In this document: positions 34,230 through 45,090 of the stretch, in pieces
Numbering within the stretch: position 1 is the stretch's first letter
Layout: each line of letters opens with the position of its first letter
Source: Escherichia phage ECP2303
DNA: 64,000 bases
Reading direction: 5' to 3' (one strand)
Sequence record: PP261279.1
Made by a program: the position numbers and the translations under genes
The notes under the pieces: model-generated
Told to the model about the DNA's origin: nothing
Database searches by the model: none
The model's input: only the letters and a program-made list of their open reading frames with translations

Positions 34230-37200
34230 TTACTTCAATTTCTCTTGCAATCCAGTAACAACCTCTGTCAATTTTTTAACCTGCTCCTCAAGGGCGGTTA
34301 TTTTATCGTCCTGTTCCCTGCAAACCTGGACAAGCAAGCCTGTTACAGCTGCGTAGTCAACGTTATAGAACCTTTCCTCAGTCATTAAAGGAATGCCGTC
34401 TTGAGTAGGACCTTCTATTTCCTTCCTTTTCACGAAAGATCCTACTGCCTCTGGCAATGCTTCCATAACCTCTTGAGCAATCACGCCTGCATAAGGCATA
34501 CCATTCTCTTTCAAGGTGTAGGTATAGCCTTTCATCTTTCTAATTGCTTCCAGAGCGTTAGGTATGACCTCTATGTTATCCTTCAGGTCCCTATCGGAAC
34601 TTTGACTAACAGTAGTACATTCTACCGTGCCGTTGACAGCAAAATATCTTGATTTAGCCTCATCTGCCTTAGCACCACAGTGGAATACCCAGCTGGCGAC
34701 TGTTGAGTTATCACTTATCTGAAACTCCAGCACATTCTTCCTATCTGCGCCATTACCCCAATAGTACAACCTACCTGTATTAGAAGGCATGTTGGAAGTG
34801 TTGGTAACATCCGCACCACCACCTGTGTGTATTGTGAACTCCGGTTCAAGATTGGATCCTTGAGTTTTTAAAGTGATACCTTTACCACCAAGCTGCTGCC
34901 AATGGCCCCATGTGAAAACACCACCTATCGTTGTTCCATAACGCAGGAATTTTTCTCCAAGATATGTCGTATATTCCTGTACGCAACTCTCTGGAACGTT
35001 GGCATAGTTTCTGTAGACAACGAGAGTACCTGCCTGGGAGCATGGGTAGTTTTTATCAAGTGCGGCCTGAGCATTAGCCTCCTGATGATAAAAACCCTCT
35101 CTATCCCCTTTGTAGTCGTTAAGGTCATTAGTCCCCAGCCCTTGACCACGGTGCTGAATAACTTTGTTCCATGCCCTATGGTTACCACCCTCGATAGATC
35201 TGGTGTATAGCTGATCAAGGCGACCAGCCATTTGGAAGGCATAGTTTCCAGAAAACGCCACAGACAGCCCACCAACAACCATCGAACCTTCAGGTCCGTT
35301 GACATTGCCTGCCATTATTTTAGAAGGGTTGTTAGGACCAAACTGGTTGTTCCAGTCTGCACCAGTATGGCATACAAAACCACCTGGAGCTGAGAAAGTA
35401 CCATCCTTGTTGAAGTTGTAGAATCTATGAGCTGTGCCTACAACATCGCGAACAATAACTTGACCAGCTTCCGGAGTAGATCTGAACTCTGCCTGGCCTT
35501 TGAGACCAGCACCATTACCGCATTTAGAGGTAAACGTACCGTTAGTCAGATCCTCTGTCCCATCAGATGCACACTGGAATCCTGCATTAGAGAATAACGC
35601 CTTTCTAGGACTGCCGTAGCACAAATAGTCAAGACCGTCTGCCCATAGCTCGACTTTTGGCATATTCATTTTGCTCATCACAGCATAGCGTTCAGCAGTG
35701 CCTATATAGTGCCACTGTGTGCCGCCGCCAGTGTAGAACCCTGAAGTACCTTTAAAATCAACAATAGGTCTGGTATTGGTGTTGTTATCTCCAAGAATGG
35801 CAAGATTCAAATCTGCTGACTGAAGAGGTGCAACGAACTTAACCCCATCCTGATTGTCTGTTACAGAGCCAACCTGGTAATCTTGCTCTCTGGTAAACAC
35901 TTCGACAACATTTCTACTTGCGTATATGCTGACAGGGAAAGCACGAGCCTCTACATAGAAAGCAACATACTCTTGTTTACCCCTTGTTGGAGCAACCATC
36001 CCAAGAAGTGCTTTTTCATTCTGGTAGAAATTTACTACCCCGTAGAAAGCGTCCCCTCTGTCTGTCCAACCACCAGTTCTATAGTGACACTGTAAGGTAG
36101 CACAGTTCATAGGGTCACCGCCGGATGACGATCTGGTAACTATGGTAATATCAGTGCCAGTTGCTGGAGCATAGTACGGATCTGTTCTAACGATAATTGG
36201 GTAGTATTTCCCATCTTCCATCCCTGCGGTTCTTGGCAGTGTTAAGAAGTCTTTTACACCTGCTGCTATAGGAACTTTGAACAGATTCTGAGCATCTGCT
36301 AAAGTTGTGGCTCCAGTACCACCTGCGGCGTGAGGTAAAGGTTCCCACTTGGCCTTCCGGTTGTTATAAACACCCCATTCCAAACTGCCGTTACCGGATT
36401 CGTCCATCCCGCCATCCCAGATAACCATCTTGGCGGCTTTCTTGGACCCCCAAAAGCCTCTTTCTGCTCCTGAACTACGGATCCACTCCCCAAGTCCCCA
36501 GTTTGTCAGCTGACCAGTAAGATCCCCAACCTGCATATATTTAGGACAGTCTAATACACCGTCCTCGCGGAAACCTAAATATCTATGAGTTTCAGATCCT
36601 TTTGCACCTTTGTGGAGGTGGATTGTCAACCAAGCCTTATTGTCGTTTCTTACCTCAGAATAGATCCTATAACCATGCTCAAGAATACCATCAGTATTAT
36701 ATTTATCTCCATGGAGAATACCTGAGGCCGATTTAACATCTCCAGAGTATTGAGCTAAGTAAAGGTGCCCGAAGGCTGGCGAGTTGTTTTTACCAAGGCC
36801 GATATGAGATCTGAAAGTATCATCGTTACGAGGTCTGACCATCGGCTGCCATGCAGTCCACTGGTTTGTGTTGGCCTGATAGGTTCTCAAATACCAAACA
36901 TCTACGTTAGAAAATGGATAGTATTCCTGACGACAACCTGTACCGCCGTTAGCATTGTTCTGCCAAACAATCAAGTGACCAGCACCAGAACCTGCAGGGT
37001 AACCATTTGCCTCAGTTGCATAAGCAGTCATCGGCTGGTAGTATACGCCATCCTGATTACCAGTCAAGTTATTGATATTGAAATTTGGCTCAAGGGCTGC
37101 ACGTTGCTTATAGAAAGCACCGATATTGATACGGACTCCAGCGGCATCTCTAGCCCCTGTGCCGCCTTGCTCTATAGCAAGAGGTTGCCACGAAGCTGTT

Positions 37201-38030
37201 TGTTGGTTCCACATACCCCAACGGCCTGTTGCATCAAGCTGCAAGTACCCTGCCGTATTTAAATCATCTCCAGCACGGATAACTGTTCTTGTTGGGTTGT
37301 TTGCCTCTAGGCGTTTAAATTCATCACGAAGTGCTATTCTTTTCGTTGTTGCTACACCGTTGGTTACTGCAATGGTGTACATGGCTCCGGTGGTAGCGCC
37401 ACGGAAAATACCATCAACAGTTGTAGTATCACGACGAGATACCACACCGTTCAGAAATTTTTCACCAGCTGCTACAGAAGGGTAGTTGGTAGTTCTTCCC
37501 TCTTCAATAACTGCAGGGCCAACAAAGTTATCGAGGTGAATAACATCGCCTACAGTGTGCACTGTACCAAAATCTACACGCTGTGCAAGTGCTTTGGCAT
37601 CGTTAGCTGTCTGAACAGTAACATCCATTACATCCTGGACAGACTGCCCTTCGGCTGTCATGATCATAGATGCGCCAATGGTAGATTCCAGCTCCTCCCT
37701 TAATGACGGATCTGTATATACCATCCATGCAGCGTCAGTAATCCCACCATCGGAGTACGGTGAAGACAGTGCAGGAACAGTGTGTGGAAATTCGCCTTTC
37801 CAACGTAGGTAGAGGTCTTCCTCTTCGAAGTAGGCAAAATCCATTGGGCCGTTTAACTTACCACCTTCCTTAAAGGAGATTACATGAGAAACAGTCCCAT
37901 CAACATGGACAACATCGCCAATTTTTACACGACGGGTCAGGTCTGGTTGTTGAACAACCAGGTAATCATCCTCTGTCACTGCGGTAGTGGCAGGAAGAGA
38001 TTCAATTCTGACAACTTTAATATCAGCCAT
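34230..38030 (-). CDS. Tail fibre / tailspike with C-terminal intramolecular chaperone (peptidase S74) domain
   Basis: 1266 aa. C-terminus (SDRDLKDNIEVIPNALEAIRKMKGYTYTLKE...GVIAQEVMEALPEAV...YNVDYAAVTGLLVQ...ALEEQVKKL) matches the self-cleaving chaperone domain of endosialidase-type fibres. N-terminal domain is shared with the 222-aa ORF at 40665. Confidence 0.8.
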   Translation of the reverse strand: MADIKVVRIESLPATTAVTEDDYLVVQQPDLTRRVKIGDVVHVDGTVSHVISFKEGGKLNGPMDFAYFEEEDLYLRWKGEFPHTVPALSSPYSDGGITDAAWMVYTDPSLREELESTIGASMIMTAEGQSVQDVMDVTVQTANDAKALAQRVDFGTVHTVGDVIHLDNFVGPAVIEEGRTTNYPSVAAGEKFLNGVVSRRDTTTVDGIFRGATTGAMYTIAVTNGVATTKRIALRDEFKRLEANNPTRTVIRAGDDLNTAGYLQLDATGRWGMWNQQTASWQPLAIEQGGTGARDAAGVRINIGAFYKQRAALEPNFNINNLTGNQDGVYYQPMTAYATEANGYPAGSGAGHLIVWQNNANGGTGCRQEYYPFSNVDVWYLRTYQANTNQWTAWQPMVRPRNDDTFRSHIGLGKNNSPAFGHLYLAQYSGDVKSASGILHGDKYNTDGILEHGYRIYSEVRNDNKAWLTIHLHKGAKGSETHRYLGFREDGVLDCPKYMQVGDLTGQLTNWGLGEWIRSSGAERGFWGSKKAAKMVIWDGGMDESGNGSLEWGVYNNRKAKWEPLPHAAGGTGATTLADAQNLFKVPIAAGVKDFLTLPRTAGMEDGKYYPIIVRTDPYYAPATGTDITIVTRSSSGGDPMNCATLQCHYRTGGWTDRGDAFYGVVNFYQNEKALLGMVAPTRGKQEYVAFYVEARAFPVSIYASRNVVEVFTREQDYQVGSVTDNQDGVKFVAPLQSADLNLAILGDNNTNTRPIVDFKGTSGFYTGGGTQWHYIGTAERYAVMSKMNMPKVELWADGLDYLCYGSPRKALFSNAGFQCASDGTEDLTNGTFTSKCGNGAGLKGQAEFRSTPEAGQVIVRDVVGTAHRFYNFNKDGTFSAPGGFVCHTGADWNNQFGPNNPSKIMAGNVNGPEGSMVVGGLSVAFSGNYAFQMAGRLDQLYTRSIEGGNHRAWNKVIQHRGQGLGTNDLNDYKGDREGFYHQEANAQAALDKNYPCSQAGTLVVYRNYANVPESCVQEYTTYLGEKFLRYGTTIGGVFTWGHWQQLGGKGITLKTQGSNLEPEFTIHTGGGADVTNTSNMPSNTGRLYYWGNGADRKNVLEFQISDNSTVASWVFHCGAKADEAKSRYFAVNGTVECTTVSQSSDRDLKDNIEVIPNALEAIRKMKGYTYTLKENGMPYAGVIAQEVMEALPEAVGSFVKRKEIEGPTQDGIPLMTEERFYNVDYAAVTGLLVQVCREQDDKITALEEQVKKLTEVVTGLQEKLK

Positions 38031-38065
38031 TCTTTCTCCTGAAAGGGGGCAAACAGCCCCCTATG

Positions 38066-40663
38066 TTAAAGGTACAATCCACGGTATTGAGCATAGAGGC
38101 CCAGACCGCGAAGGATTTCGCCAGAGTGATAGCCTACCGGATCAGAAACTGCCCAGCAGCCGTTTAAAACATTATCCCCATTAATGAAGTGGTGCTTTTG
38201 CAGTAGCTTCACACAGGCTTCTACAACAATGTCTATTTGAGGTATTGTCTCTGAATACCCACACAGACCTAGCCAGCAGCAACCTGCAAGCCATTCACCT
38301 ACCACCCACATCCTGTCTCCTCTGTCTTGATAAGAATATCCCCCAGAGGTGTTAAAGTCTGTAGGCAGATTTCCTGAATGAGATGACTGGAATCTGTTGA
38401 GGAACCATGCCCATTTCTGGCAGAACAGGAATAGTCTTTCATCAACAGGTTCTTTATGTTTCTTGAGCTCATATATTGTGCGGCACGCAGCAACAAAAGA
38501 TCTTGACTGGAGCTTAGAGTTATCTACCATCTCCCACCAACCAGTCAACCCTTCATTACCTCTTTGCCATACATAACGTGAGGCAACTGGACCCTCTGTC
38601 TTAAATGTATTATTATACCAGACTTGAGCGTCATACAGAAAGCCTATTGTATTTGACAATCTATGGCGATCTATGTTTTCTGCACCCATACAGTAGACTG
38701 CTGGGTATTGCATGCCAGGGTAGGGCCAATTTGGCCTTTCCTCTAAGAGATAGTTTTCCTTATCTATCACCTTTCCGGCAGGGAACACCCCTGGCGTGTG
38801 CCTGTATGCACCTTGCTTGTAGTTTCTGACATAGCAATCGCCAACCTTAGCGGTTGATTCTGTCTTGCTTGCCATCCATACGCTAAACCAGATTAGATAA
38901 GCATCCCTGTCTGCAATATAGAATTGCGGCAGCGTGTTGACGCAGTACAGATCAAACAAGCCATTACCTATCTGCCTGTCGCTTAGGCTGAAATCTACAG
39001 AGGTGAGCCCCTTAGGATTAGCAAAGAAAGGTTTAATCTCTTCTTCGGTGTGATGAGGTTGTGTCGGATCTAGTTTGAAATCTCCTAGAGTAAGAGTTTC
39101 TGTTATCCATTGTCCATTAGTGGCATATAGATCAGCATACCATAACCACCTGTCTTTGTCAAGAAATTTGACCCTTACCATCTCATCATCTGATCGATAA
39201 GTTACTGAGTTTAAAGAAATCTCTCTTCCAAAATTGAAAGTTACTTTACCTCTTGCTATATTACAACGGGTGAAGTTGTCAGAGTGGTTGTAAATGTCGG
39301 TATCATACTGCATACCAACACCAGCACCACCGCTTACGGCAATGTTTTCCTCTTTAGGTAAGAGATACGGATTACCGTCTTTACCAACCACCTCTACGAA
39401 ATCAGTAACCTTGGCAACTATTTCTGTTACCTCTGCACCTCCAAAAGGGACACCTATCCTGTACTGTTTTTTGTTATTGTTACCATCATTAAGGATGAAA
39501 TGCGGCTGGAACAGAACACCTTCTCCTCCGAAATTCATAACAATTTCAGCATCTCTACCTATTTTGTATGTAGTCCCTTTTTGAATTATTTCGCAAGGCT
39601 GGCGTGCGTTCATTCTAAAATTGATATACCCGTCACTGTCCCTGCTCATGACAGGAACTGTTCCTGCAACAAGACAAGCACCATCTGTGAACGGTGCCTT
39701 AATCAACGTGGTCTTTCTAAACAGCTTGTCGTAGGCGTTTATATCACTGAAATTAAGCAACTTGTTGTAAGACTGTTTAAACGCGGTGTAATACTTTTCC
39801 TCACCTGTCAAGGTGTAGAGTTGATAACAAGCGTCACACCACATTTCTTCCCCGTCCAACTCCGGGGCCTGATTATCTGCAACCACGTTTATAGGATTTA
39901 CAATTACAGGGGATCCTGCAGGTATCACCGATCCACCCTGCTCTTGAGGTAATCTTACACAATAGGTCACCTTGTGGCTGCCTGTAACACCCTTATCTTG
40001 TAATTGGATTGTGCCGAACTCTACAGATGTATGACCACTGTCGGCTATGCTACCGTTAGCCCAATAGCGGTTACCATCCCATGCTATATACCACTCAACC
40101 CACCAACTTAATCCGGATGTTGTCCAATCCGGGTTAGCATCTGTGCCGCCGTAAACATCAGAGTCTACAGTGTTTCTTCCTAACACACCGTTATACGCTT
40201 GGAATGCCTTGTCCAGGTATTCCCCCCATGTCGGAGATCCAGCTGGGATTTTTCCTCTACCATTGGTAAAAGACACCACCACATCTTTAAACCCACCATG
40301 TGATGGAACCCCGTCTGTGGATAGAGGGTAGTGGGACAATCTTTGCATTTTACTTTCTACAGCATATGCACCCAGAAGATGACTATTGTAAGCTTCCCAA
40401 GCATCTTTTGCCCTATCCAGATAGAAATCGCTTTTCGATGCCCTATATGCTTCAATGTATCCCAGAATCAACACAGCTTGGGACTCATGCATTGCCCAAT
40501 CATTATTTATCTTATTACCTGCCCACCCTGCAGCTATAAGACCATCAGGGTTTACTAGCTTATTTTGTGTAGGGGTGTTGGTAATACCTGTGTTGTTATC
40601 GAGGCACTTCCTGTGCCCCTCAATCATCTGAAATACGTTATCAATGTTGTGTTGAATACGCAT
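38066..40663 (-). CDS. Tailspike enzymatic module (putative glycosidase/depolymerase-like, 865 aa)
   Basis: Trp/Tyr/Asp-rich composition. Starts 1 nt after the stop of the 222-aa anchor ORF (TAAGATG) with AGGAG upstream. No fibre N-terminal domain of its own. Confidence 0.55.
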   Translation of the reverse strand: MRIQHNIDNVFQMIEGHRKCLDNNTGITNTPTQNKLVNPDGLIAAGWAGNKINNDWAMHESQAVLILGYIEAYRASKSDFYLDRAKDAWEAYNSHLLGAYAVESKMQRLSHYPLSTDGVPSHGGFKDVVVSFTNGRGKIPAGSPTWGEYLDKAFQAYNGVLGRNTVDSDVYGGTDANPDWTTSGLSWWVEWYIAWDGNRYWANGSIADSGHTSVEFGTIQLQDKGVTGSHKVTYCVRLPQEQGGSVIPAGSPVIVNPINVVADNQAPELDGEEMWCDACYQLYTLTGEEKYYTAFKQSYNKLLNFSDINAYDKLFRKTTLIKAPFTDGACLVAGTVPVMSRDSDGYINFRMNARQPCEIIQKGTTYKIGRDAEIVMNFGGEGVLFQPHFILNDGNNNKKQYRIGVPFGGAEVTEIVAKVTDFVEVVGKDGNPYLLPKEENIAVSGGAGVGMQYDTDIYNHSDNFTRCNIARGKVTFNFGREISLNSVTYRSDDEMVRVKFLDKDRWLWYADLYATNGQWITETLTLGDFKLDPTQPHHTEEEIKPFFANPKGLTSVDFSLSDRQIGNGLFDLYCVNTLPQFYIADRDAYLIWFSVWMASKTESTAKVGDCYVRNYKQGAYRHTPGVFPAGKVIDKENYLLEERPNWPYPGMQYPAVYCMGAENIDRHRLSNTIGFLYDAQVWYNNTFKTEGPVASRYVWQRGNEGLTGWWEMVDNSKLQSRSFVAACRTIYELKKHKEPVDERLFLFCQKWAWFLNRFQSSHSGNLPTDFNTSGGYSYQDRGDRMWVVGEWLAGCCWLGLCGYSETIPQIDIVVEACVKLLQKHHFINGDNVLNGCWAVSDPVGYHSGEILRGLGLYAQYRGLYL

Positions 40664-40664
40664 C

Positions 40665-41333
40665 TTAGATAGCTCCTGCGATAATCAGTGCCCCGTACCA
40701 AGTTAACCCGTTGTCGTAGGTTTCCAACTTGAAAATATCTGTTGCACCAGCTGTAAATGTTAGGATAGGATCTCTTCCGTAGGACCATTTAACATTGTCA
40801 GGCCAATAGACTTTGTTGCCGCCAGAGGTCTGAGTAATGCATACGGTTATAGTTCTCGCCACCCCTTCAAGACCTTCTGTTTGATTTTCAAAAGAGATTG
40901 TGGTATTTGAAGTTAGTCGAACTTTAAAGGTATCCGCAACTTCAAGATCCATATCAAGCTGACCACCGATAGATCCGTAATCAACTATTCTGCCATAAGA
41001 AGTTGCAGCAAGCTCACCAAAAACAGACCATGCATTTGCAGACACACCCCCAGCACCCTCTACAGTGGAGTCTGGGAGGATTATTTTAGGATAATCCCCG
41101 TTCCACGTGTAGTAGCGCTTAGTCTCTGGGTCATAAGCAAAGTCCTTCTTGCTCTTAAGATAGCCACCCTCTGTGAAATAGACTATCTTAGTAATGCTAA
41201 GATCGTTGACAACATCGTCAATCTTAGCCTTTCTTGTCCCATCAGTCTGGTTGACAACCAAGAAGTCATCACTCAGGACTGTTTCTGCATCTTCAAGATC
41301 TGGAATTGGTATTGTAGGATAAGCTACAGCCAT
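40665..41333 (-). CDS. Tail fibre N-terminal anchor/adaptor domain protein (222 aa)
   Basis: N-terminus is homologous to the N-terminus of the 1266-aa fibre (DD.LVV.Q.D.TR.KI.DVV...F.EGG.L...DFAY). Confidence 0.6.
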   Translation of the reverse strand: MAVAYPTIPIPDLEDAETVLSDDFLVVNQTDGTRKAKIDDVVNDLSITKIVYFTEGGYLKSKKDFAYDPETKRYYTWNGDYPKIILPDSTVEGAGGVSANAWSVFGELAATSYGRIVDYGSIGGQLDMDLEVADTFKVRLTSNTTISFENQTEGLEGVARTITVCITQTSGGNKVYWPDNVKWSYGRDPILTFTAGATDIFKLETYDNGLTWYGALIIAGAI

Positions 41334-41342
41334 GATTTCTCC

Positions 41343-42059
41343 TTAGTTAACATCAATAGCACGACCAGACTGGTTGGCAATGGCCTCATCATTGGAGGTA
41401 GCAATAACACCAGAGTATTCGCGCTCATCTGGAGCAAGCGTCCAGGTATTGCGGTTAATGGTTTGTTCTGCCTCAGTCATCAGCAGATCTTTATCCTGAG
41501 TCAACAGAGAGCCTACAGGGATCGGGTTTTCCATCTCAGGACCAGCATACTGGTTCCACCATGTGGCATCTCCGGTTCTAGGCAATCTGAAGTTGATCAG
41601 ATAGTACAGTTTATTAGCCCACTTAATCCAACCCTCATCATCACAGAGAGAGGTTGTCCCAGAATCAGGCTGTGGGTAGGTGAACTGATCAAGACCTACG
41701 AAAGCCAGCCTTACAATCTCGTTCTCTTTGGTAACAACCTCAAAGAACGCTTGGTATGTTCTCGATCTTCGATCCATGGTAGACTGGAAGTTTATGATGT
41801 TTAGCACATCCGGCTCTTGTCTTGCCACTTCCATAATCTTGTTATCAAGAACAGTCTTCATGACCTTCTTACTGAGAAAGTCCATATAAGGGAAGCCAAA
41901 CAACTCGTCAAAGTACCAGCTCCCCTTCCACGTATTAAACCTCATCCACAAGCGCTGGCGCAGACTTACTTGGTTTGAATCTATCAACTCAAGACCTTTG
42001 TCTATCGCCAAATCGCCTGTCTGTGGGTCCATCAATATATCACTATAAAGCGTAGCCAT
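41343..42059 (-). CDS. Baseplate protein (238 aa)
   Basis: Lies between the spike gene and the fibre genes; function from position only. Confidence 0.45.
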   Translation of the reverse strand: MATLYSDILMDPQTGDLAIDKGLELIDSNQVSLRQRLWMRFNTWKGSWYFDELFGFPYMDFLSKKVMKTVLDNKIMEVARQEPDVLNIINFQSTMDRRSRTYQAFFEVVTKENEIVRLAFVGLDQFTYPQPDSGTTSLCDDEGWIKWANKLYYLINFRLPRTGDATWWNQYAGPEMENPIPVGSLLTQDKDLLMTEAEQTINRNTWTLAPDEREYSGVIATSNDEAIANQSGRAIDVN

Positions 42060-42071
42060 GAAAGCCCTCTA

Positions 42072-42749
42072 TTAGTGCGGTCCACTTGTCTCGCCATCAG
42101 GGCAAGAGTGGGTATGACCTTTATATTCTGCATAGAATGAATCCAAATCCACACCAGCAGCAGTTATAATTCTACCAGATGGGTCTATTGTGGCACCATT
42201 CATTCTGATATTTCCATCCACAGCAGCTCGCAAATTGGCAGCCCCGTTAGTGAAAGAAAACTCCCCGCTACTGTCGCACCGTAATGTCCCACCAGGTGTT
42301 TGAAGCTCAAAATCGCCAGAAGGTGTCAGTTTAAAATAAACCATATCATTCCATAACTCTACGTTATCAGGATCGATCTGTAAAGCGTTTGAGTCTGAAT
42401 GAACAGAGGTGATTGCCCACCCTGGAAACAGGCCGTGAGTTTGTTGATCGTCGTTATTGTTTTCATTTCTCTCTGAAAACTGCAATCCTACAACATCCCC
42501 AGCCTTAATAGGAAGTGTTAACCTTGCCTTTCCGCTGTTTGCAGACATCACCTGAATTGGAACGTCATAGATAAGAGGGTATCTCTCCACATCCCCGTCA
42601 TCAAACGTGGTTTCAGCTATTGGCTGCACGGCTGCAGAAGGTATACTGTAGTCAACACTGACAACTCTGGCCCTGATACTGGTGTGATAGTCCCTCATTA
42701 TTTTTTCTATAAAGGATCTTACAGCAGCATCTTTCCTATTTATTGCCAT
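42072..42749 (-). CDS. Baseplate central spike (P2 gpV-like)
   Basis: 225 aa. C-terminal apex motif GHTHSCPDGETSGPH (His-x-His) as in gpV-type spikes; located in the hub region downstream of the tape measure. Confidence 0.6.
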   Translation of the reverse strand: MAINRKDAAVRSFIEKIMRDYHTSIRARVVSVDYSIPSAAVQPIAETTFDDGDVERYPLIYDVPIQVMSANSGKARLTLPIKAGDVVGLQFSERNENNNDDQQTHGLFPGWAITSVHSDSNALQIDPDNVELWNDMVYFKLTPSGDFELQTPGGTLRCDSSGEFSFTNGAANLRAAVDGNIRMNGATIDPSGRIITAAGVDLDSFYAEYKGHTHSCPDGETSGPH

Positions 42750-43747
42750 TATACCTCCTCAGTTTTGTCAACAACTCCACCCACTGTTTCCCCAAGGCCA
42801 AGCTCTGTAGTGTAATCACCGCCTTCTATGGTGCCCTTATGATGCACCGTGATCACCTTATAGAAGCCTGTATATTGCCTGCTTTTAAGATAAATAGTGG
42901 ACTCTGGGAGGATAGCTCCGTTAAGGCATGTGGTTACAGTAAGGCCAACATCCTCTCTCGGGTTTTTCTTTTTCTTACGTGTGCCACCTTTCGCAGCAGC
43001 TTTAGCTTTTCGCTTTTTAGCAGGTTCTGGGTTTTTAGGGGTAGGTGATCCGTGCATCCCAGACTCTGCACTTATTTCAAACACAGAGTCTTTAAACCTT
43101 TTTCCAACCTTAGTCCAATACAAAGCCCCATCCTGAACGCTAAATGTGGAGTTGGTCAGCCTTGCAAACCTGCGGAGGTTCTCTGCAGTGTTTCCAGAGA
43201 AAGCCATAGAGTATTGCAAAGTCTGGTTTCCAAAACCAACAACCCTACCTTTTGGCAAGTTCATATCCTTCAGCAGGTCATTAAGCACAGAGTTCAGAGG
43301 TGTACCTTTCTGATAAGATCTTGTGCTTTGGCACTTAATGATGTTCTCAGTGCCATCCCCAAAGATGAACTTAGTTTTTCTGGTCGGGCCTTCCCATCTG
43401 TCCTCAACAAACTCTACAGTTCCAGAGAATATCAACTGGTTCTCATTGTCATAGCCAGCCTCAAACATAACTGCAAGAGCATCAGCTTGATGCATATCCA
43501 GATAGTTAACTGTATCGTCAGACAGGTTGTAAACTGTCACATAGCCTTTGTTTGGCTCTTTGGTATTGTCCTTTTGTATGTCAAACTCTATATTGGCAGC
43601 ACCAGTGTCCGAGCTAATCTCATAAACTCCGGAATCACTCTCTCCTTTCTTTTCAACAGATTTTGGGATATTGGTTTTTGATTTACCGCCATGCTCTACA
43701 GGACGACCAAATAATAATCGCCATGTTCTACGTCTGTACTCTGCCAT
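42749..43747 (-). CDS. Baseplate hub-associated protein (332 aa) with Lys-rich segment
   Basis: Co-oriented in the baseplate module; contains KKRKAKAAAKGGTRKKKK. Confidence 0.45.
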   Translation of the reverse strand: MAEYRRRTWRLLFGRPVEHGGKSKTNIPKSVEKKGESDSGVYEISSDTGAANIEFDIQKDNTKEPNKGYVTVYNLSDDTVNYLDMHQADALAVMFEAGYDNENQLIFSGTVEFVEDRWEGPTRKTKFIFGDGTENIIKCQSTRSYQKGTPLNSVLNDLLKDMNLPKGRVVGFGNQTLQYSMAFSGNTAENLRRFARLTNSTFSVQDGALYWTKVGKRFKDSVFEISAESGMHGSPTPKNPEPAKKRKAKAAAKGGTRKKKKNPREDVGLTVTTCLNGAILPESTIYLKSRQYTGFYKVITVHHKGTIEGGDYTTELGLGETVGGVVDKTEEV

Positions 43748-44127
43748 TATTCTAACCCTTGCTGTTCCTTGTAAAGATCAACTGGGGTGCCGTATACAAG
43801 CTGTAGCTCGGATCTTGCTCCAAGGTTGTATCTTCCAACCCTGCCCCAATATTGATCATCTTTAAACGACAGCGCCATCAATCTACCTTTCGGTAAATCG
43901 TCTCTGTAATGCAGTCCGTCTAAGATATCTTGACAAGCTGTTACTTTTCTGGTTACTAAAGGGCTGTCACCTACCGGACCAAGGGATAACCACCAAGACT
44001 CATCCCTCTCATTCCATTGCATACGCATTTCATATGTTTCATTGTCTAAAACAACACGCATGGTTTGATCAGGAAAGCCGTCAATGTCCCACACAAAGGT
44101 GATTATGCACCAATCTTTAAGCTCCAT
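43747..44127 (-). CDS. Baseplate/tail protein (126 aa)
   Basis: Co-oriented with stop/start overlap. Confidence 0.45.
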   Translation of the reverse strand: MELKDWCIITFVWDIDGFPDQTMRVVLDNETYEMRMQWNERDESWWLSLGPVGDSPLVTRKVTACQDILDGLHYRDDLPKGRLMALSFKDDQYWGRVGRYNLGARSELQLVYGTPVDLYKEQQGLE

Positions 44128-44139
44128 TACACGCTCCCC

Positions 44140-45051
44140 TTATTTTCCGTTAACTTTGTTGTAGTTTCCCTGCTCAGATGGGACTATGGTAGAAGGTCTT
44201 CCATATTCCTGGTAATACCAATCCGCAGCAGATTGGGTAACACCGTTTTCATCTGTCCACATCATAGATTTGTATGGCTGCCACTCTTCTGCAGCATTTG
44301 TGGATGCAGTGTCTGCAAATGCCCCTGTGTCCCTCTTGTTACCTACGTTACTGCCATTCTTACAATCGTTGACAGCACCTTTTTGCTGGGTCTTGCCTAC
44401 TTTCTTAGGGTTGCTGTATACAGTTGCATTAACAACCTTGTTCAAGTAGAATGTGCGGAACTCTGTAAGTTCTACATCAAACACCATCGCAGCACCTTCA
44501 CCAACAGACTTGTTGGCAGAAAGACTGGTTATGATGTAGTTCTCAAGGAGCCTCTCCTCGGTAACCAAAGAAACCAACTGGCGCTTATTAATGATCTCAG
44601 TCAAAGCCTCCAGTGCAGCGCCTGGTCGCATAGATGCTGCAGGGTTTTTAGAGTCAGTATTCCTGTCAATGTAGTTTTGCTCATAGATTATGTGTGGTGA
44701 TGTATTTACCCTACCAGTAAAAGAAAATACACCATCTTTAATTACAGCGTGGTCTGACAGGGTAGATTTATCTTCCACCGCAAAATCAGTCTTATCAACA
44801 GAATGTTTGAAAGAGTAATTCTCAATCTGATCGAAGATGATGGCAAGATCGTTAGTAAAGTTTTTGCCCTTCATCTCCGTATTGCGACCACCATAGTTAA
44901 GACCGCTGACAAACATAGTGTACTTTACATCGCTTTCAGTTTGTTGCTCTGCCTTTTCAGCCTTTGGAGATTTAACCTCTTGAGGCTTGTACAGGTCTTT
45001 TTCATCAACTATATTGCTTGGCATAACCTCTCCAGGACACTCCGATACCAT
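44140..45051 (-). CDS. Tail protein downstream of tape measure (303 aa)
   Basis: First gene after the tape-measure terminator; function from position only. Confidence 0.5.
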   Translation of the reverse strand: MVSECPGEVMPSNIVDEKDLYKPQEVKSPKAEKAEQQTESDVKYTMFVSGLNYGGRNTEMKGKNFTNDLAIIFDQIENYSFKHSVDKTDFAVEDKSTLSDHAVIKDGVFSFTGRVNTSPHIIYEQNYIDRNTDSKNPAASMRPGAALEALTEIINKRQLVSLVTEERLLENYIITSLSANKSVGEGAAMVFDVELTEFRTFYLNKVVNATVYSNPKKVGKTQQKGAVNDCKNGSNVGNKRDTGAFADTASTNAAEEWQPYKSMMWTDENGVTQSAADWYYQEYGRPSTIVPSEQGNYNKVNGK

Positions 45052-45090
45052 CTAAATATTGTATCATAAAATAGCCGTTTTTACAACACC

